Source of the DNA: an uncultured Hippea sp.
GTDB lineage: Bacteria; Campylobacterota_A; Desulfurellia; JAADFJ01
Assembly: GCA_913009315.1 (NCBI GenBank)
Contig: CAJVZA010000001.1
Location: forward strand, 332-64,331
DNA length: 64,000 nucleotides
Direction of reading: 5' to 3'
Shown one piece after another: positions 61,990-64,000 of the stretch; position 1 is the stretch's first letter; each line of letters opens with the position of its first letter. The notes below the pieces were generated by a model. It made no database searches, had not been told where the DNA came from, and was given only the letters and a program-made list of their open reading frames with translations. Both the position numbers and the translations under genes were made by a program.

Positions 61990-62017
61990 GTCATTGCGAG
62001 CGAAGCGCGGCAATCTC
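61990..62017. repeat. Single 'GTCATTGCGAGCGAAGCGCGGCAATCTC' palindromic unit (same family as 45804-46131)
   Basis: Read directly. Confidence 0.5.
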
Positions 62018-62159
62018 GTCTTTGAACTGCAGCGTTGTTTTGTCTCTGGGGTCGTGTCTTTGCAGCCTGTTGATAAATGTTGTTGTTGTGAATAGAGTGA
62101 CGAAACAATCTCATCTACCATTTTGAGTCAACAATAAAATAAAAGGGTATATTCGTTCT

Positions 62160-63597
62160 CCGTGTTGCCTCATCTAAAAATCTATTCGAAAGTTATATCG
62201 TTGCCTCATTCAAATTATATACGAAATCGTTTGGTTTTACAGCAGTATGTTCGCCTCTTTTCTTGTCACTGTATTGTCTCCATAGCCTCCTCTGAATGTT
62301 ATCTATTTCCCGTTTCAGTGCGGCAGGGTTTAGTTGTTCGTATTCTTTCATAATCGATGCCTTTACGGATTCGGATATATCATTAGATTGAATTATCCTC
62401 TGATATGGGGTGGCGGGTTTGCTATACTTCTTGGTAACCTTGCTTCCTGTCCTCGTTTTCTCTATGAGCTTCATAGACGGTTGAAAGAAGTTCGTGTAAA
62501 GTCTCAATATTGCATACAATCTGTTGATTGTCTTCAGTTCCTTCTCTGTATCGTACCTTAGGTATCCTACAGCTCTTCTTACAACTGAATAATTCTTTTG
62601 CTCAACAAAACAGTTATCGTTTTTTCTGTATGGCCTGGATCTGGTGAATGTTATCTTCTCCCTTTCGCAATATCTCATCAAATGGCCGTTGATAAACTCA
62701 CTTCCGTTATCAGAGTCAATACCAAGCAGATTAAACGGCAAACGCCTTCTTATATGGGTTAATGCATCAAATACCCATACCTGCGCTTTGTTTCTCACTG
62801 CTCTTGTTTCTGTCCAACCTGTATGAACGTCTGTCGCATCGAGTGTATAGAGAAAATCTCCTCTCAATATACCTCCGTCGTGTCCTACAAGATCTACTTC
62901 GACAAATCCCGGTTTCTTTTCATTCCAATCGGCAAATGTTCTTATTGGTATCTGATGCTTCAAAAGTGTTCCCGGTTTTGTTAAACTTCTTCCTCTGTTC
63001 TTTAGTCTGCATTTATCCCTTTCTTTTTTAAGCAGCCTGTCGATTGTAGCCGGACTGATGCTCATCAGTTTATTTCTCGTATTCTCATCCAACTTTATCT
63101 CATCGAATCTTTCAAGAACCGGAAGTGTTTCCTTTATATATTCTGCAACTCTTTTTCCGCAGAGATAATCTGATAACCGCCATAGATATTTAAGTGCCTT
63201 CAATACCGATTCATCATATTTCCTGTTGTTCCTCCTTCTTTGTTTTATTCTGTTATCGGCAAGTAAAATGATGTTTTTACCATTGATATTGATCTTTATC
63301 TTTTTGCCGAAACTTCTCAAGACATACGAGCTGTAACACCTTGTGTAGCCTGTGAGTTTGACGAATTCATCCAATATCTTTCCCTTCTCCTTCCTGGATG
63401 CCTTCTGGTATCTTTTGGATACCTCCCTCACAGCAGCCTTTCTTTCCCTTAGACTGAGGGACATAAGATTACCTCCTGCCAAAAAATCTACTCTTTCTGT
63501 CATCTGTGAGCCTCCTCATTTTACTGTTTTTCAGATAGATTTTTAAATGAGTCAACGATACCGTTTCAGATAGATTTTGGATGAGGCAATTCGTCCT
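62160..63597 (-). mobile_element. IS element, about 1.4 kb, with about 30-bp imperfect terminal inverted repeats
   Basis: Left end TTGCCTCATCTAAAAATCTAT; right end ATAGATTTTGGATGAGGCAAT. One transposase ORF. Confidence 0.6.
62193..63503 (-). CDS. DDE transposase with an integrase-core (rve) domain
   Basis: N-terminal HTH; rve core with D..D..E spacing. Confidence 0.75.
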   Translation of the reverse strand: MTERVDFLAGGNLMSLSLRERKAAVREVSKRYQKASRKEKGKILDEFVKLTGYTRCYSSYVLRSFGKKIKININGKNIILLADNRIKQRRRNNRKYDESVLKALKYLWRLSDYLCGKRVAEYIKETLPVLERFDEIKLDENTRNKLMSISPATIDRLLKKERDKCRLKNRGRSLTKPGTLLKHQIPIRTFADWNEKKPGFVEVDLVGHDGGILRGDFLYTLDATDVHTGWTETRAVRNKAQVWVFDALTHIRRRLPFNLLGIDSDNGSEFINGHLMRYCEREKITFTRSRPYRKNDNCFVEQKNYSVVRRAVGYLRYDTEKELKTINRLYAILRLYTNFFQPSMKLIEKTRTGSKVTKKYSKPATPYQRIIQSNDISESVKASIMKEYEQLNPAALKREIDNIQRRLWRQYSDKKRGEHTAVKPNDFVYNLNEATI

Positions 63598-63682
63598 ATT
63601 GTATTTAATCACTTAAAGTGGTATAATAATAACGGTTTCAGTTATGAAACCGTTATTATTATCTTTAAGGAGTTATCTTACT

Positions 63683-64000
63683 ATGATGGGAAAAAAGACA
63701 AAACAATCTCCTCTGTTTTACTATATCAATATAGGAGATATGATACCGGAGAATCATATCTTGCGATTGATCAATAAATATATTGATCTCTCTTTCATAC
63801 GCAAACAGACAAAGCATCTATACAGCAATACAGGCAGACCATCTGTAGATCCGGAGGTTCTGCTGAGAATGCTTCTTGTAGGTTATCTGTATGGCATTAC
63901 CTCGGAAAGAAGACTATGCGAAGAGGTAAGTATGCATCTGGGATACAGATGGTTTACAGGTTTAAGTTTAGATGATAAGGTACCCGATCATTCTACTTTC
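63683..64000 (+). CDS. IS5/IS1182-family transposase, N-terminal part (runs off the window)
   Basis: MMGKKTKQSPLFYY...GRPSVDPEVLLRMLLVGYLYGITSERRLCEEV...LDDKVPDHSTF. Preceded by the palindrome AATAATAACGGTTTC-agttat-GAAACCGTTATTATT at 63626-63661. Confidence 0.75.
   Translation, partial: MMGKKTKQSPLFYYINIGDMIPENHILRLINKYIDLSFIRKQTKHLYSNTGRPSVDPEVLLRMLLVGYLYGITSERRLCEEVSMHLGYRWFTGLSLDDKVPDHSTF

Overview
This window is low-GC (about 38%) and looks like an anaerobe chromosome with Desulfobacterota/Nitrospirota-like gene content; I cannot name the organism. About 30% is plainly accessory and 70% core.

Plus strand, in order:
- A five-gene redox operon: two paralogous small glycine-rich membrane proteins, an NrfD-like membrane subunit, a Tat-exported 4x[4Fe-4S] protein and a hexaheme cytochrome c. 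It is preceded by a sigma-54-like -24/-12 element.
- A two-component pair: a histidine kinase with a periplasmic CxxCH heme motif and an NtrC-type sigma-54 activator.
- The complete Pho regulon phoB-phoR-pstSCAB-phoU.
- cheD plus an HDOD-domain protein.

Minus strand, in order:
- dxs.
- The Tol-Pal cluster tolQ-tolR-tolA-tolB-pal-cpoB.
- The F1Fo ATP synthase split into atpF'-F-H-A-G-D-C and, about 8 kb away, atpZ-I-B-E.

Between the atp halves, on the plus strand:
- A por operon in which the delta subunit is fused around a GltD/NfnB-like NAD(P)H:FAD module.
- A convergent RACo-like 2Fe-2S/ASKHA protein (minus strand).

Further on:
- hemL, trxB, trxA, cutA and fixABCX (etfBA-fixCX).
- An accessory island at about 45.7-49.4 kb: a higher-GC hypothetical gene, three toxin-antitoxin modules and a VapC with an in-frame amber stop, preceded by nested palindromic repeats.
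- ccdA and a VKOR-thioredoxin fusion.
- A CoA-transferase and ald.
- A small HMA-like protein.
- cstA, a small ORF and an ArsA-like ATPase in one overlapping operon.
- A NYN/LOTUS protein, rnhA and mutS2.
- Two abutting IS elements at the 3' end.

Two dispersed repeat families are visible by eye. One is an 'ATTATGAGACCACTGCACAATAA' terminal-inverted-repeat family, with MITE-like units found in promoter or intergenic regions. The other is a 'GTCATTGCGAGCGAAGCG..GCAATC' palindromic unit. No rRNA, tRNA or CRISPR arrays were recognised.
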